Below are positions 14,464 through 30,107 of a DNA stretch of 64,000 bases, piece after piece. The notes beneath the pieces were generated by a model. The model saw only the letters and a list, made by a program, of their open reading frames with translations. It searched no databases and was not told the origin of the DNA. The DNA comes from Octopus vulgaris. Taxonomy: Eukaryota. The DNA is taken from contig OX597842.1 of the NCBI GenBank assembly GCA_951406725.2, positions 14,260,001 through 14,324,000 of the forward strand, given 5' to 3'. The position numbers were made by a program, and so were the translations under genes. Within the stretch, counting starts at the first letter, position 1. Each line of letters opens with the position of its first letter.

Positions 14464-14778
14464 CTAGCAGAGAAAACCGGCTTTGCTCGGGATTAAAATA
14501 GCATTGTTTCGATATTATGAACCGAATTCATTCGGATCTACTCGGGCCACATTTTCAAGATGAGGAATCCCCCCCCCCCCCCCAAGAAAAACTTTTATTA
14601 AAAGTTGGCAATGTAAAAAAGCATGCCAAATGCTTAAAGAGACTTTGAGAAGTGATTGAAGAAACCTCGCGGATGCAGATGTGAAGGGCAAAGAATGACG
14701 GGAAAATGCTGGAAAAATACAAAACACCAGTCTGGTCTCTGCACAAAACTGAAATAGTATAATACGACTGCACTTACA
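14464..14778 (-). mobile_element. Helitron 3' end, duplicate of 12538-12850
   Basis: CTAG at 14464, ccggctttgctcggg hairpin; near-identical to 12538-12850. Confidence 0.75.
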
Positions 14779-14811
14779 ATGGCCATACTCGATGACGAGG
14801 AGACAGCCACC

Positions 14812-14986
14812 ATGTATGTATGTATGTATGTATGTATGTATGTATGTATGTATGTATGTATGTATGTATGTATGTATGTATGTATGTATGTATGTATGTA
14901 TGTATGTATGTATGTATGTATGTATGTATGTATGTATGTATGTATGTATGTATGTATGTATGTATGTATGTATGTATGTATGTATG
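14812..14986 (+). repeat. (ATGT)n microsatellite
   Basis: Direct reading. Confidence 0.97.
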
Positions 14987-15189
14987 TTATTATCAAATTT
15001 TATATGTAGATGGTGAGCCGGATTCTAACCTAGATCCAATGTTCCTTCATTGGAATTTCAACATCACAGGGTACATTTGCATATATGTATAAGAATATTA
15101 GCCGTATTTGAAATTAGTACACGTGCAGATTTGTATATTTGGTTTTGTGTATGTATTCTCATGCATATATTTAAATGATAAATTTCTGG

Positions 15190-15560
15190 AAACATTTAGA
15201 TTTTAAGAGATCCAGTGGTGACCTGGATCTGTAGATTACGAATCAGCTTTTTCCCTTCTAGTTTTGGGAAGCCTAATTTCTCGGGATTAGACACTGTGTT
15301 TCATATCCCAGTGTCCCACTAATTACAGATTACAAGTTCAAGTCTATACGTTAACTTATAATATAGGACGTGTAACTGTAGATTTCTCAAGAGTTCAAGA
15401 ATTCTTTTTATGATCTTTAGATTTATGTTAACATCCGCTGGTCAGCTCATTTCCACAGCTGTACACAGATTGTCTTCCTGAGTCAAATCTTCTCAGTCAC
15501 GTAGATTATGGTCACATTTTATTGAGGGTTTCACTGGGACATTTCAAAAATACTCCTTCT
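15190..15560 (-). mobile_element. Non-LTR retrotransposon 3' fragment with restriction-like endonuclease (R4/NeSL/CRE-type)
   Basis: Decayed translation KCDHN…EDNLCTAVEMS*PADVNINLK…GTLG resembles the RPD…E.S.P.D.N RLE motif. Confidence 0.5.
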
Positions 15561-15984
15561 TATTAGCGGCTATAGCTTCTACTATCTTGTGGGTACTCAC
15601 TATATATGTATATATTATGAATCTTTGTGTGTATGTGTGTGATTTGTTGAGGCACAACATCACAAAAGCAAAATAATGCATATCTTTTAGAGAGAAAGCT
15701 AGAGAAAGCGAAAGAGAGAGAGAGTAGTATATAATACTTTAAGAGAGGAAGGAATGTTGTCTGTTCCATTTGACTTAACATTTAGAACATATGTTAACAA
15801 TGTTTGGTGTGTTTGCTTACTACTATGTATTGAAATTTTAATACACAATGGGTGACGCAATGTAGTAGTAAGCAATATTCACCATAGTATTTAGCAATAT
15901 TATATATACATATATGTGTATGTGTGCGTGAGTATGTTTGTCTGTGTACATAGATATATACATGTATTGGTATACAATATATAT

Positions 15985-16022
<38 letters not shown>

Positions 16023-16076
16023 GTCTACATACATCTCTTTATATACACATACATAAAGAGACACACAGACACACAC

Positions 16077-16138
<62 letters not shown>

Positions 16139-17066
16139 CAATCTTTTGTTTCTGTCAGTAGACATCGGCCAAGTTGGCGCACCCCCTTGAATAATATTTA
16201 ATTGAATGAATGGTAATATTAATGGGCCATAAACGCACCTACGCCGGTTGTTAAACACTCTAAAACACGCAAACACACAAACACAAACACACATACACGC
16301 TTATCCGCACATATATTGAGATGAGATGTTTCTTTCAGTTTCCGGCTATCGAATTCACTCAAAAGACCCAGGTCGGCCGGAGGCTATAGCGGGAGACTCT
16401 CGGCCATGTTGCGACGCAGTGGGACTGAATCCAAAACTATGTGTTTGGGTAGCAAGCTTCATACATGTGCGTGGGTATAAGTGTATACACATGCATATAC
16501 ATAGATATAATATTGATATATATGTATATATGTCTGTAATTCCTTGGTGATCTAAACGAATAGATACGCTGACAAAGTGCTATATTCGATTATCCGTTAC
16601 GTTCCAATTTCACATCTGAGGCAGGAGCTAGGGATCCGTGTTAGGCGTCTGAGTTAGCTGGTCTATATTAATTAGAAGAAAAAGGACAACACAAATCAAG
16701 GCAGCGAGGGTATCTCAAGTACTTCATCGAAGTGCGAACTTACGTCCCTACCCTCTGGAAAAGGATGTGCTGTGAACATTAAACTCCTCTCTGTATTCTT
16801 CTATCTACCGATATTCTTCTATTTACCATTTCATGCCTTTTAACTTGTGAAATTCCCTGTCTAGAAGTTTCACAATTAGTCGTATAGTCTCTGATGTTGG
16901 AATACTCAGTGTACGCACATGCTAGCCTATCACTTGGGATATCCTAGAAACGACTGGAGGACTTCAAATTAAATATTGTAAATGGCTTGAGATATTCATC
17001 CCACCTTCGATTTATATTGTCCGTTTCCCTTTAATTAATATACAAATACACACATACACATATATG

Positions 17067-17118
<52 letters not shown>

Positions 17119-17266
17119 AATGTCTTGACTGCTATATATATACATATATGTATACACTCACATGCATGTATATATATAATATATATATATATACAAATGT
17201 GTCATCATCATCATCATCATCATCATCAACCTTCAACGTCCGTTTTCCGTGCTAGCAATTCATATG

Positions 17267-17354
<88 letters not shown>

Positions 17355-17401
17355 GAGAGAGAGATCATATATACATATATATATATATGTATATATAGAT
17401 A

Positions 17402-17454
<53 letters not shown>

Positions 17455-17505
17455 CGAATAACTTAGCATATAAGAGTTGAGAAAGAATAATTAGAAGGCT
17501 GCATA

Positions 17506-18095
17506 CCATTGTTGCCAATTTAGCATATTTATGATAGATCTAGCATTATTTTTTCCCCATTTAGCAGAAAGTTTTTGAATTCAGCATTTAGCAGGAAAAA
17601 TAGTAGATTTAAAATTTTATTTAGAATGTTTTTCTGAACATGACATTATCTCAATAGGTACCCTTTTGTCATCTTTTTCTTCGTTTTCTACTTTCGTTAA
17701 TTTATCTTATAGCCAAATTTTAGTAAAATCGGCTATTATTGAATTTTTGTTTTCACTTTCTAGAAGCTTCAAATGAAAGTTTTTCATAAGGATCTTTATC
17801 AAGTTATGAACTTTTCCAGCTCCTCCGCCTCCACCGGTGGTACATACATATTTCAGAATATTATCTTTAGAAATACGTGGTGTAGATGGCATTGAAGATG
17901 TTTTAAAAATTTAATTAGTGAAAACGAAATTAGTTATAAAACTTTTACTGGCTATAGGAACCAACTAGGCTAGAGTAATGATAGGAATCAACAATGGTGT
18001 TTTCCAGAAATTAAAAAAAGTTCTATCATTACTTCTATTTAGAAGGGTATGTCATTCTCTACAGATGGCAGTATCCCACACTTGTACTGAAATTT
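17506..18095 (+). mobile_element. hAT remnant, paralogous copy
   Basis: Near-identical to 1612-2200. Confidence 0.7.
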
Positions 18096-19202
18096 AGCAT
18101 AAAATTATGATTTTAAGTTGGTTAGACTGCTTCAAACACACACGGTATTCAGTTTCATAGAGTAAAACAATTCACATTGTTGCAGCAATAAACTTCAAGG
18201 TCACTGACTCAAACAAATGAGAGAACAGAATGCTATGATGATGATGTTGATCACTAGCATCATCATCATCATCGTCGTCGTCGTCGTCATGATTGTAACG
18301 TCCCTCAGTTCATAATACTTGGGTCGAACGGTGTTCATTGTTCAGATATTCTACACACGAATCCCTTTCCTCTCGCTAGCCATCGCCTCTTTCCGAGAAA
18401 GATACAGCATTGTCAAAGATGGACATATTTTTAAACAGGCAGTTAAAGATGAATCTCATCTCTTGTGTGATAGTGACGCTCGTTTACGACAGTTCTGAGA
18501 TGAAAAGATGGGGAAAACACAAATAAAAATGCATTCATATACTCATAAATATAATAATATAAATATATATGTGTGTACTTTTATATACACACACATTAAT
18601 ACACACCGGAAAAGATGTCCGGCAGAATATGGCTGGATGACCATAGAAGGATTTGTACCAAACTTTGGCATTGAAATCTCTACAAATACCCGAATAGGGC
18701 GCAACTGCATAGTGACAAAGTGGTCACTTTCGTATGTACACACAAAGGTATTCATACACATACACACCCACACACACACACGTCTATGTATATGAGTGTG
18801 TGTTTGTGTGTGAGTAAGTGTGAAGCTGATATTTGTTGGGTGTAACCAGGATGTTAAGCAGAAAAGTCACTAATTTCAATAGCTCTCAAATGCAATATAG
18901 TTTACATAGGTTTATATGGTGTACCATTTTATACAATTATATAATGCCTACGCATATGTATGTACGAACACACACGCACACGCACATACTTGCGAATGTG
19001 TGTGTGTTTATATGTGTCTATATGTGGGATAGACACCATATTGATAAAATACAAAAGATATTCACAATTGTGCAATGAATTACGTCTCCAAATTGTCGAA
19101 CTGCCCAAGCAGATATCTTATTGAGCAACGAGTGTTGCAGTAGGAATTGAGGCGTGAATTCAAAAGGATTATATATCATAATCACCATAATCATTGCGAC
19201 AG

Positions 19203-19335
<133 letters not shown>

Positions 19336-19374
19336 ATTATATATTACATATATATATATATCACGTGATCACGT

Positions 19375-19650
19375 GACTGACCAGACCATCAAATGTTGCT
19401 ACACATCGCTGGTCACAATGCGTTCGCATTGTTTTAGCCTTCGAATGACGCCACCCCGCTGGCTATGCGAGCAGGCCAACAGAAGAAAGTGGGAGAAAGA
19501 GTGGTGAAAGAAAACAGCAGGAATCACCACCCCCTGCCGGACCCTCGTGGAGCTCTTTAGGTGTTTTCGCAAAATAAACACACACAACGCCCGGTCTGGG
19601 AATCGAAACCACGGTCCTCCGACCGCGAGTCCGCTACCATTGCGCCGCCA
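19375..19650 (-). mobile_element. tRNA-derived SINE family 2
   Basis: ggcggcgcaatgg…ggtttcgattcccagaccgggcg head; homologous to 36343-36637, 45515-45683, 56327-56490, 59666-59958 and 63954-64000. Confidence 0.8.
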
Positions 19651-19665
19651 CACACACACACACAC

Positions 19666-19748
<83 letters not shown>

Positions 19749-19947
19749 TGTGTGTGAGTGGTAGGAGTTGAGACGTGAATGCAAAAGGAAAATATATTAT
19801 AATCATTGCGACAGTATATATATATATGTATACATATATGTATACATATACATGTATATTATATATTATATATATATATGTGTGTGTTGAGGCGTGAATG
19901 CAAAGGATTATATATCATAATCATTGCAACGACGCAAACGTTCAAGT

Positions 19948-19982
<35 letters not shown>

Positions 19983-20186
19983 GCATACATTACGTCGAAC
20001 CATTGATCCCTACCCATATTTTTATCCCCGTCCCTTTCTTTTCGTTCTCTCCCCATTTATTCCTAACAACCTTTTCTCTCGAAGAGCGTAGGCTCGACAT
20101 GTCATAGGTTTTTCCATTCTTCCCAAATTAAAACATTTTATTGTTCTTCCCTCACCTCCTTTCGACTTTTATTTCATGTAAATTTG

Positions 20187-20240
<54 letters not shown>

Positions 20241-20364
20241 GTATGCATGTATGTATGTATGCATGTATGCATGTAGGTATGTATGCATGTAGATATGTAG
20301 GTATGTATGTATTTATGCTACATGTTTCATCTGCCGAAAAATAACCACATATACACACATACAC

Positions 20365-20408
<44 letters not shown>

Positions 20409-21797
20409 TTGCGTGACACTGAACGTAGCTCGAATATCTGGAAATATCCCCAAGTCGAATTATTAGTTTTCCCCACAAGGTGTATATACTTCCGGTACAA
20501 TTGTCATGGGATTAGGATGTTTAAGAAATGAGGTGCAAAATGGATTCCTCAACCCGAACTAATCAACAGGCTCTATAGGGGTAGACCAACAACGAGTTGT
20601 TTGGAGAATATTAGTTTGCCAATCGAGGGAATCCAGCCGGAAAGTGTAATGGCGGTGCCTTCTGATTGGAACGTGTGGAGGAGATAACTCTGGACTCTAC
20701 ACACACGACCCTAGCAGGAATATTGGACATAGATTGATGGTTGCATATATAGAGGTGTACAAATGTATTTATGTATGTGTGCGATTGTGCGTTGTGTAAT
20801 TAAATTAGGCAGCTAGTTAGCAGAGTTTCACCTAAAAGGAAAACAATAAACGTTATTTAATATGACTGAAGGTGTTAAAACACATAAACCGCTAGAAATA
20901 AGAGCTAAATGGCTCCTTTGCTGCTTTCAACGCACATATATACCGATCTACATATATACTGGTCTAGAGATGAAACCGAACGGTATAAAGATGTCAGTAG
21001 TTGTCAGTCACTGTCATCTACAGTCGCCGCTGGCATGTATGTATAAAATCATATGTGCTTTGACAGCAGCAACAGAGCCATTTAGCTCTTATTTCTAGCT
21101 GCATAGGTATTGTAACACCTTCACTCATTTTTGAATGACACTTCATATATATATACATATATATATACAGAATATTTATACACAATATTCACTAAGGGTG
21201 TTTAGTTCACTAAGGGTGTTTAGTTCACTGATGATCTAAGCGAACAGGTACGCTGATTAATTGCTATAATTGGTCATCCGTTAGGTACCACGTTCATAGC
21301 TGAGGCTGGATCTAGGGACCCGTATTAGGCTTCCGATTCAGCAGGTATATATTAGAGGAAAAAGGATAACAAAAACCAAAACTGGACGAGTATGTCACGT
21401 CATTTAAAATATTTAATTAGAGCAAGGTGAATGTGAAGTAATTAAGCAATTAAATAGTTAAGTATTTAACTATTGGATGCCGTTCCGCTGTTTCTGGGAT
21501 ATCCCAAGTGATTGGCTAGCGTGACCGTACATCAAAGTCAAGGTGAGTACATATGAATGTTCTACACAGGGAATTCACGGTTTATAAGGAATAAAATACC
21601 AGAGAGAAGAATAAAGAGTAAAACAGTAGGTAGAAGAATACAGATAGTAGTGTAACGTTCACAACTCATCTTCTTGCGGTATGGAGGTTGGTTCGTACTT
21701 CCGTGAAGATATAGGCACTTAAGTATAATTCAAGGTAAATCCATATGGTATTTTGGCAATATATGAGTGTGTGTATGTATATATGTATGTAAGCATG

Positions 21798-21850
<53 letters not shown>

Positions 21851-22019
21851 GTATATACAAAAATACATATGTATATATGTATATATTTATACATATATAC
21901 ATACATACATAGACAGATATCGATATATATATACATAAATACGTATATTTATATACGTATATACATAAATACATATGTATATAAGTATATATTTATACAT
22001 ACATACATACATAGTTAGG

Positions 22020-22126
<107 letters not shown>

Positions 22127-22782
22127 GTAAATAGGTACATAAATACATACACCAACATATATACATGTATACATATGTTTGTGTAAAGCAGGAGGTTAAT
22201 TGGGTGTAAGCAAGATGTAAAGAAAGAGTTTGAAAGATTTTACTATTTCGTTTGTTCTCTAATACAATAAAGGTTAGATGCGTGTATGTTATGTATACAC
22301 AAACTGCGTCATGGCAACTACACACAAACACTTACAAATACACACAGATATGCATACAAACTCTCACACGTACACACATACATACATATATACATACATA
22401 CATACATACATACATACATACATACATACATACATACATACATTCATACATACAGAAATTCATACATACGTATGTGTATGTGGTTGGTCGATGTATTGAT
22501 AAAATACAAAAGACAGTCGCAATTGCATAAAAGAAAATTATGACTCAAAAATATCAAACTTTTAAAGTAAATGTTTTTTTGAGCAAGAAGAGTTGCGGTG
22601 GGAGTTAAGGAGTGAATCTAAAAGGAAGAATAAAATGAATAACAAAAAATCCCACTCATAACATTACAATTTGGGGTTAATAGATTGGGGAAGATTATTT
22701 ACGTAGTTGTTACTAGGGATAAATATGAAATTCGACAGCACTTCTTTAAAAAAATACATGTATACGCATGCATATATATATA

Positions 22783-22822
<40 letters not shown>

Positions 22823-23410
22823 GAGAGAGAGAGTGAGAGAGAGAGAGAGAGCATAGAGTGTATAGTTCGTAAACGAATAGCTACGCGGTATAAGTGCTAT
22901 AATTGGTCATCCGTTAGGTTCCATGTTCACTGCTGAGGTTGGAGCTAGGGATCCGTAGTAGGCTTCCGAGTTAGCTGTTATATATTAAAGTCAAATGGAC
23001 AACAAAACCGAGGCAGGACGAGTATCTCAGGTCATTCAGAATTTTTAATTTGAATAAGGTGAAGTAGAAGTAATTAATACCTTACAGCTGTTTTAGGGAT
23101 ATCCCACATGACGGGACAGCATCTTAGTATTCTGTCATCGGAGACAAGGTGCGTATTTTAGAAAGTTCCAGACAGGGAATTCACGGTGAATAAAAGAATA
23201 AAGCTGTAGACAGAAGAATAAAGACAGGAGAATAAAGTTCACAGCTCGTCTTATTCTGGAGTGTATGGAGATTAGTCCGTACTTCCGTGAAGGTATAGGT
23301 CCTTAAGTATAATGCCAGATAAATCCCGACAGTATTTTGAATGTTGCGTTCAGATTGAAGAAATAGATTTAGTGGTTAGGTTGTAGGAAAATGGGCCACG
23401 TGAAGGTATA

Positions 23411-23450
<40 letters not shown>

Positions 23451-24151
23451 AGAGAGAAGAGGGTTGTTAGTGAAGAAAGAAAAGAAAGGAAGAGGATAAG
23501 TGTTGAAAAGAATGAGAGTGAAAGTAAAAACAAAAATGAGAAATGAAAAATAAAAATAAGGATAAAGATAAGAGGTAAGAGACCTGAATTATTCTTGGTC
23601 CGGGTTGAGGAGCCAGTTTTGGTAAAGTGGAGAAGCGGGGTAATTAATTAGATGGATTCTAGTGTCAGCATAGTGAGAAAGGATATCTAACTTTAGTTTA
23701 GTGGTCAGTAAGGAGAAATAAAATGTTAGAAACAGATTCGTAAGTTAAGAGAATGATTTGAAAATTAACAGTGAAAAATTAAGAGCTAAAAATTAAAAAG
23801 TAACGATTAAAAAGATTATTTCTGCTTGTGAACTTTTAAGAAAGATTGAAAGATTCATAGATGAAAGGAAAAGAAAAGAACTGAAGTTAAATATTCTTTG
23901 TGACCACGCGGAACCTAGAATTCATTCTATTTAATTAATAGCCATTAATTCTATAATTTTCGTTGCTTTTGCAACCTTGGCAATGGATGTTGACAATGTT
24001 GCAAAAGCAAAGAAAATTTTAGAAGAAAAATTATAAATAATGAATGAGCGGAAATCAAACCTGTGTGTGTGTTAGAATATAAGGTATCAAAACAATACGA
24101 CTCATCTGGACACGACAGTATACACACACACACACACACACACATATATAC

Positions 24152-24238
<87 letters not shown>

Positions 24239-24529
24239 GACAGACATAAGGAAAATAAGATAAGGTAGAAAATGCAAATAATAACTTTATCATGTAATGC
24301 ATTTGGTAACGGGTAGCACCGCTTTCTGTCTTTTCGATTTTTTCAGCTAAGAGTAAAAATAGGTGAATATTAATCAAGAAAGCCAATTAAATCGAGGAAA
24401 AATTAAATGAAATGTTTTGCAAATAGTTTCATAATCTTCAAATAGGTAAGACATTTCCTTTTTTCTCGCACTTTCCCTTCATTTAATTAAATTTTTGCTT
24501 CGATTTAATTTATCTTCTTCTTAATTTAT

Positions 24530-24661
24530 ACCCTACCAACACATGTTTCCGGGTTCCGTCCCACTGCGTTGCACCTTGGGCAAGTGTCTTCTACTATAGC
24601 CTCGTAACGACCAAGGCCTTGTGAGTGGATTTGGTGGACGTAAACTGAAAGAAGCCTGCCG

Positions 24662-24725
<64 letters not shown>

Positions 24726-24930
24726 CGTGTTTGTTTGTTTGTACCTCCAACATCGATTGACAACCGATAATGGTGTGTTTTCGTCCCCGTAACTTAGTGG
24801 TTCGGCAACAGAAACTGATATAATAAGTACTAGGCTAACAAAGGTCAATTGCTGGGATCGATTTGCTCAACTAAAAGAGGTGCTCCAACACGGCCGCAAC
24901 CAAATGACTGAAACAATTTAAAGAATAAGA
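24530..24930 (+). mobile_element. tRNA-derived SINE family 1 with internal (TA)n(TG)n
   Basis: Homologous to 33226-33659. Confidence 0.8.
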
Positions 24931-25329
24931 GAACCTTTATTTTACTCTTAGTCAAAATAAGTCGAAAAGACAGAAACAAGTACTAACTGTTACAAAATGA
25001 ATTTCATGATAACATTTTTTAGAATTTTCTTCGTTGTCTTATTTTCCTTGAACACATCAACTCGTGTGTCATTTTTCAACATTATACATATATATTCTTT
25101 TATTCTTTTACTTGTTTCAGCCATTTGTCAGCGACCAGGCTGGAGCACCGGCTTAAGTCAAACAAATTGACCCTAGGGTTTATGCTTTCTAATCCTAGTA
25201 CTTATTCTATCGGGTCTTTTGCCGAACCGCTAAGTTACGGGGACGTAAACACACTTAGATCGGTGGCAAGCGATGATGGATACACAAATACATACATACA
25301 GTCATACATATGTACATATATATTCATAC

Positions 25330-25374
<45 letters not shown>

Positions 25375-25405
25375 AACATTCAGGCATGCATATGTACATA
25401 TATAT

Positions 25406-25454
<49 letters not shown>

Positions 25455-25491
25455 AACATACAGGCATACATATGTACATATATATTCATAC

Positions 25492-25640
<149 letters not shown>

Positions 25641-25642
25641 TA

Positions 25643-28600
25643 CTAACAGAGATACCCGGCGTTGCCCGGTTTCATTCAATTGAAGAATTAGATTTTTCTG
25701 TTACGTATATATGGATACACACACACACGCAGACACACATATATGTATATTAATATAAATACATGAAAGTACATGAAGCTTGTTAAAAAAAGGGAATCAA
25801 ATATATACCTCCTGGCTGTTGAGATTATAACACCTTGTTGTAAACCTTGTTCCTTGTTTTTTCCTTGTGGAGCATATACAAAAGGCTTTCTTTTGGTTTC
25901 TACTCTTGAGCAGCCAACATACAGTTGCCCATGCGAGAAGCAGGGCTCTTCCAAGACAAGACCAGCGACAGAGAGGGTTTGACCCTGGGATGTGTTAATG
26001 GACATGGCAAAAATATAACGAAGGGGAAATTGCAGTCTTCTGAATGTAAATGGAATTTCTGCTCCTGATGGAGTAAGAGGAATTCTTGGAATAAAGACGT
26101 CACCACCTTTTCCACATCCAGAAAGAATGATCGCCTCGATAACGTGTGACATCATTTTCTTTATCACCAGTCGCGTTCCATTGCAAAGTCTTAGTGGTTT
26201 CAGATTGCGGAGTAGCATTACAGGAGTTCCAGCTTTAAGTGCTAATATGTGTGGAGGTAGTCCAGGAGGCTCCAGCGAATTGAGAAATTCAGGAGGGTAG
26301 TTCACAACTTCATTTATTTCTGGAATTGTATCAACAGGCTTGTGAGTGTGTATAGTGCCGGGAAGAGAATACATTAGCTGTTGATTAATTTTGTTAACAG
26401 CGATGTTTTTTGGAGCTAATATTGCTCTTTCACACAGCCAATTGTGATTTTGGTAGTTTTGTGTGAAGTTGGTAAAGACTTTGTTTTTGAGGTCATCTAC
26501 AGAATTAACAACAGAGGAAAATGACCACACTTCCATTTGTCCTGCAGCATCGAGAGACATATTTCCTTCACCAAGTGTCAAAATGTCCTGTGCAAACTTT
26601 GTGGACATTTTGTCGCCGTGTAGCTGAGCTCTCATGTTAGTGATGAGGCTGAGGATTGTAACATGATGCCACAGGGTAGAGGACTTTAGGCATGCTTGGA
26701 CCTCATCTGCTCTAGTGCATTTCGGAATGACAGGAAGAGTTTGCCTGAAATCACCTGACAACAGCAGCGTTACACCTCCCATTGGAACCTGACAATCTCA
26801 GATGTCTTTCAGGGCTCTAATGCTTCCAAAGCTCCCTTGTGAGCCATAGTGCACTCATCCCAGACAATTAGATGACACATTTTAAGTACTTGTCCCTGAT
26901 CTGAGCTTTTGTTGATGTTGCATGAAGACATTTCGGATACTGCTAAATTCAGAGGGAGTTTAAAAGTTGAGTGTGCTGTCCTGCCACCGGGTAACAAAGT
27001 AGCTGCAATGCCAGAGGAGGCTACAGCTACTGCAATATCCTGATGCTGCCTAACTTCTGCAAGGAAAAGCTTTGTAATAAATGTTTTTCCTGTCCCTTCA
27101 GGAGCATCGAGGAAGAAGATTCGTCCCTCGCGTTGGCGTACACTGTTAAGAATAGTTCTGTAGGCCTGCAGCTGGTCCGGAAGTAGTTTAGGCTCATTTT
27201 CAACAATGTACTTTGAAAGCACTTGAGTGTCGTAGGTTGTTTCACGAATGACAGCAGTGGGAAGGCTATTTGATCCTGACCTGAATGCTTGTGACAGGCG
27301 ATACGTCGACAATTCCTTTCCACCCAGCTTAGCAATTCTGTATTCAATGTCAATGAGTGTTTTGTTATAAATTTAATTGCTGATACCCTGCATGTCAGGA
27401 GAGAACACTTGAGCTTGGCGCTGAAAGTCTTCAGCCAGATTGTCAATATATTTGAGCCATAGAGTGGCCGGATCACACAGTTCGCATGACTGTAGTAATA
27501 CTGCAAATAGTGCCCTGAGACTTTTAGGTGATTGTGATAAAGCAGCCTCTCCTAAAGTTGTATCCCATTGTGCACCATCTTCTAACAGACCTTGACGATA
27601 GCCGGCTTCTCTGTATATTGTGCAGACATGTCCATGAACGGTTTTGGGGCCTGGAAAGACGTTGGCCCTCTGACTTCATACAATAGTAGACGAAGGTAGA
27701 AGCACTCTTGTTGAGTGGGATGCACTGTGTATACTCGCCAAAGGCAAGTGTAAAACTTAATGCCAGGGTATCCATGAACATTTTACCTGCTTTCCGTGGG
27801 GCCATTTTTTTCCATTCCAAGTGTAGTACGATGGAATCTGTGGATACAGCAAAGTTTGAGCGAATGGATCCTCTTGACAAAGCTTGAAGAATGCAGTGAG
27901 TGTACTATCCCTTAGTTCCTCTGCCAACAAGGAAGCATTAGCATCGGTGAAGTACACTCTTTGACCATTTTCCAGGTGCACTGCAAGCTGTTGAATGGCG
28001 GGGTGTCGTTGGTGAATTGGAAATCCAAAGATTCGCCAGAAACCCTCGTTGCTACTTATGTACCGCCCCACCTGATAATGCGTCACCTCATCCTTGCAAT
28101 ATTCTTGTTGAAGTCCAAACATTGCAGCGTCGGAACCCTTGTTTACATATTTTCAAACGTACTTGATGGATTTAATGGAGTTGGAAAACTCAACGTTGAT
28201 GTGGGCATTGAAAGTCTTTGACAGGAGTGGGCAGTATGGAACAATCCATCTATTATCAATATCGTGCTGTCCGATAGTTGCTGTGAAACCTCCGTCTTCT
28301 GGTTTTCTGCGTCTATATGATGGATACCCATCAGCACCTGTCTGAGTTTCTTGTAGGAACCTCCTTGGAAATCTTTTTGAACATATGCTGTCCCTCAAGC
28401 ATGGTGTGTTTATATTGAATCCACGCCCACATGGACCATGTACCATGTTTGCTTTAACTATTTCGTACAGCTCTTTGTCTAAAGCTGGATCGGGAAGCTC
28501 TGCAGAGATTATCTTGTCGATGTCATTGGAATTGATCTTCGCTGAGAGCCAAAGCAGGATATGAGCATGTGGAAGGCCCCTTTTTTGTCACTCGATTGTG

Positions 28601-28785
28601 TACATGTCACATTGTATGGGCCCAAAGACTTGCCCTTTTTGTATGAGCTCTATGAGAGAGATTAACTTCAGATGGAAATCTTGGGCGTTTAGATTCCGGT
28701 TCAAATGTAAGGCAGGTTTGAAAGTGTTCCCAACAGTTATTAGTTGTAGTGGTAGAGTGTTTATGCCGAATATGTACGTATACAA

Positions 28786-28864
<79 letters not shown>

Positions 28865-30047
28865 TGTGTGTGTGTGTGTATGCCTGTATATATGTACAAA
28901 ATCTTCTGAGAATGATTTTGTTGGTCTGAGGCTACAGCAGAAGACACATCGCAAGTCACCACACAGTGGGACTGAACCCAGGGCCGTGTGTTTGGAACGT
29001 AGTTTGTTACCACACAGCCACACCTGCCCCTATGTATGTGTGTGTGTGCGTGCGTATGTGTGTATGGGTAGATATAGTATGCATGTATATGTGTATATAT
29101 ATATGTGTACATATTACATGTACATCTATATATATGTATACATCTACACATAAAATACAAAATACTCAATTATATCTTGATATCGCTAGTGATAACAGTA
29201 CTCAATATATGTAACAGACTGGTATTGTAGGCCCGTCTCTTGCAATTTCGATCAATTGGATCTTGTCCTCCTTCTTGTATAGAAGTGTACGGCTGCAGCG
29301 AAATTCATTTTTGGACTTTCTTCTATCGAAGGCATTTTAACAAAAATGCTTCGGCAAAGACGGTGAAACTATTGTCAATTTCCCCAAACAGGGACACAAT
29401 TCAGTTTTTAAACAATAACCGAAAAGGCGGGGGTTAAGGTTTACAATTATTTAACAAATGCCACGCAACAACTTTTCCCTGACGAGGAACCAACAAACGT
29501 GATTACAATAGTCAAACAGTAATAATAATAACATCAAACCTTTTTTATTTATCCCGATTTATGTGAAACCACTTATTCACGTTCAAGTCATTGATGCAAT
29601 TTTATACGAATTGCTAATACACACACACATAATAAGGGTGAAAAATTGAATATTAATTTGATTAATATGAATTGAAAACCAGTGGTGTAGCATATACGAC
29701 CATAGCGGATCTTCTTCTAGCAAAAAGGATGACCACTATCAATGGTTCATCCCTGTTATATAATACTTTCACTTTAATAGTTTCAGTATTATAATGAAAG
29801 TGCCTGCATTACAAAAGAGAGACGTCTTTGTTTCCCTTTTAACACGTAATACTGAAATAGTGGAGAAGATATGATATTGCTGTGGGGTCACCCTAGGGAA
29901 AAAGTTAAGATTGTTTTGCCGATGACTCTCCCCGGACCTTAAGTAAGGCATGTGTGAAATTTGATTCTCAAAATTTAGTTCTCAAGTTTAAGGGAAACAC
30001 ACAGACAGACAGACAGACACATATTCTCAGTTTTATATATATAGAGA
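25643..30047 (-). mobile_element. Helitron with decayed Rep/Helicase
   Basis: 5' TC(TC)TATATATAAAA start followed by (CTGT)n; 3' ccgggcaacgccggg hairpin + TTAG; internal RepHel remnants. The 29.1-30.0 kb part could instead be a separate non-autonomous copy. Confidence 0.82.
25810..28760 (-). pseudogene. Helitron RepHel (HUH Rep + PIF1 helicase) pseudogene with multiple frameshifts and stops
   Basis: TIE*QKRGLPHAHILLW (HUH motif), MVHGPCG, DNRWIVPY, HINVE, SIKYV.KYVNKG; DAPEGTGKTF, DECTM, GDFRQTLPV, LCNGTRL, FAMSINTSQGQTL, FSHGQLYVGCSRV. Confidence 0.93.
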
Positions 30048-30107
30048 TAACATATAATATGTATTATTATAATATGTTATATTAAATATATTATATATAT
30101 TATAATA

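Noticed and set aside
25688-26782. 364-aa PIF1-like ORF as a host helicase gene
   Set aside because: Intronless, part of a frameshifted RepHel and bounded by a Helitron terminus.
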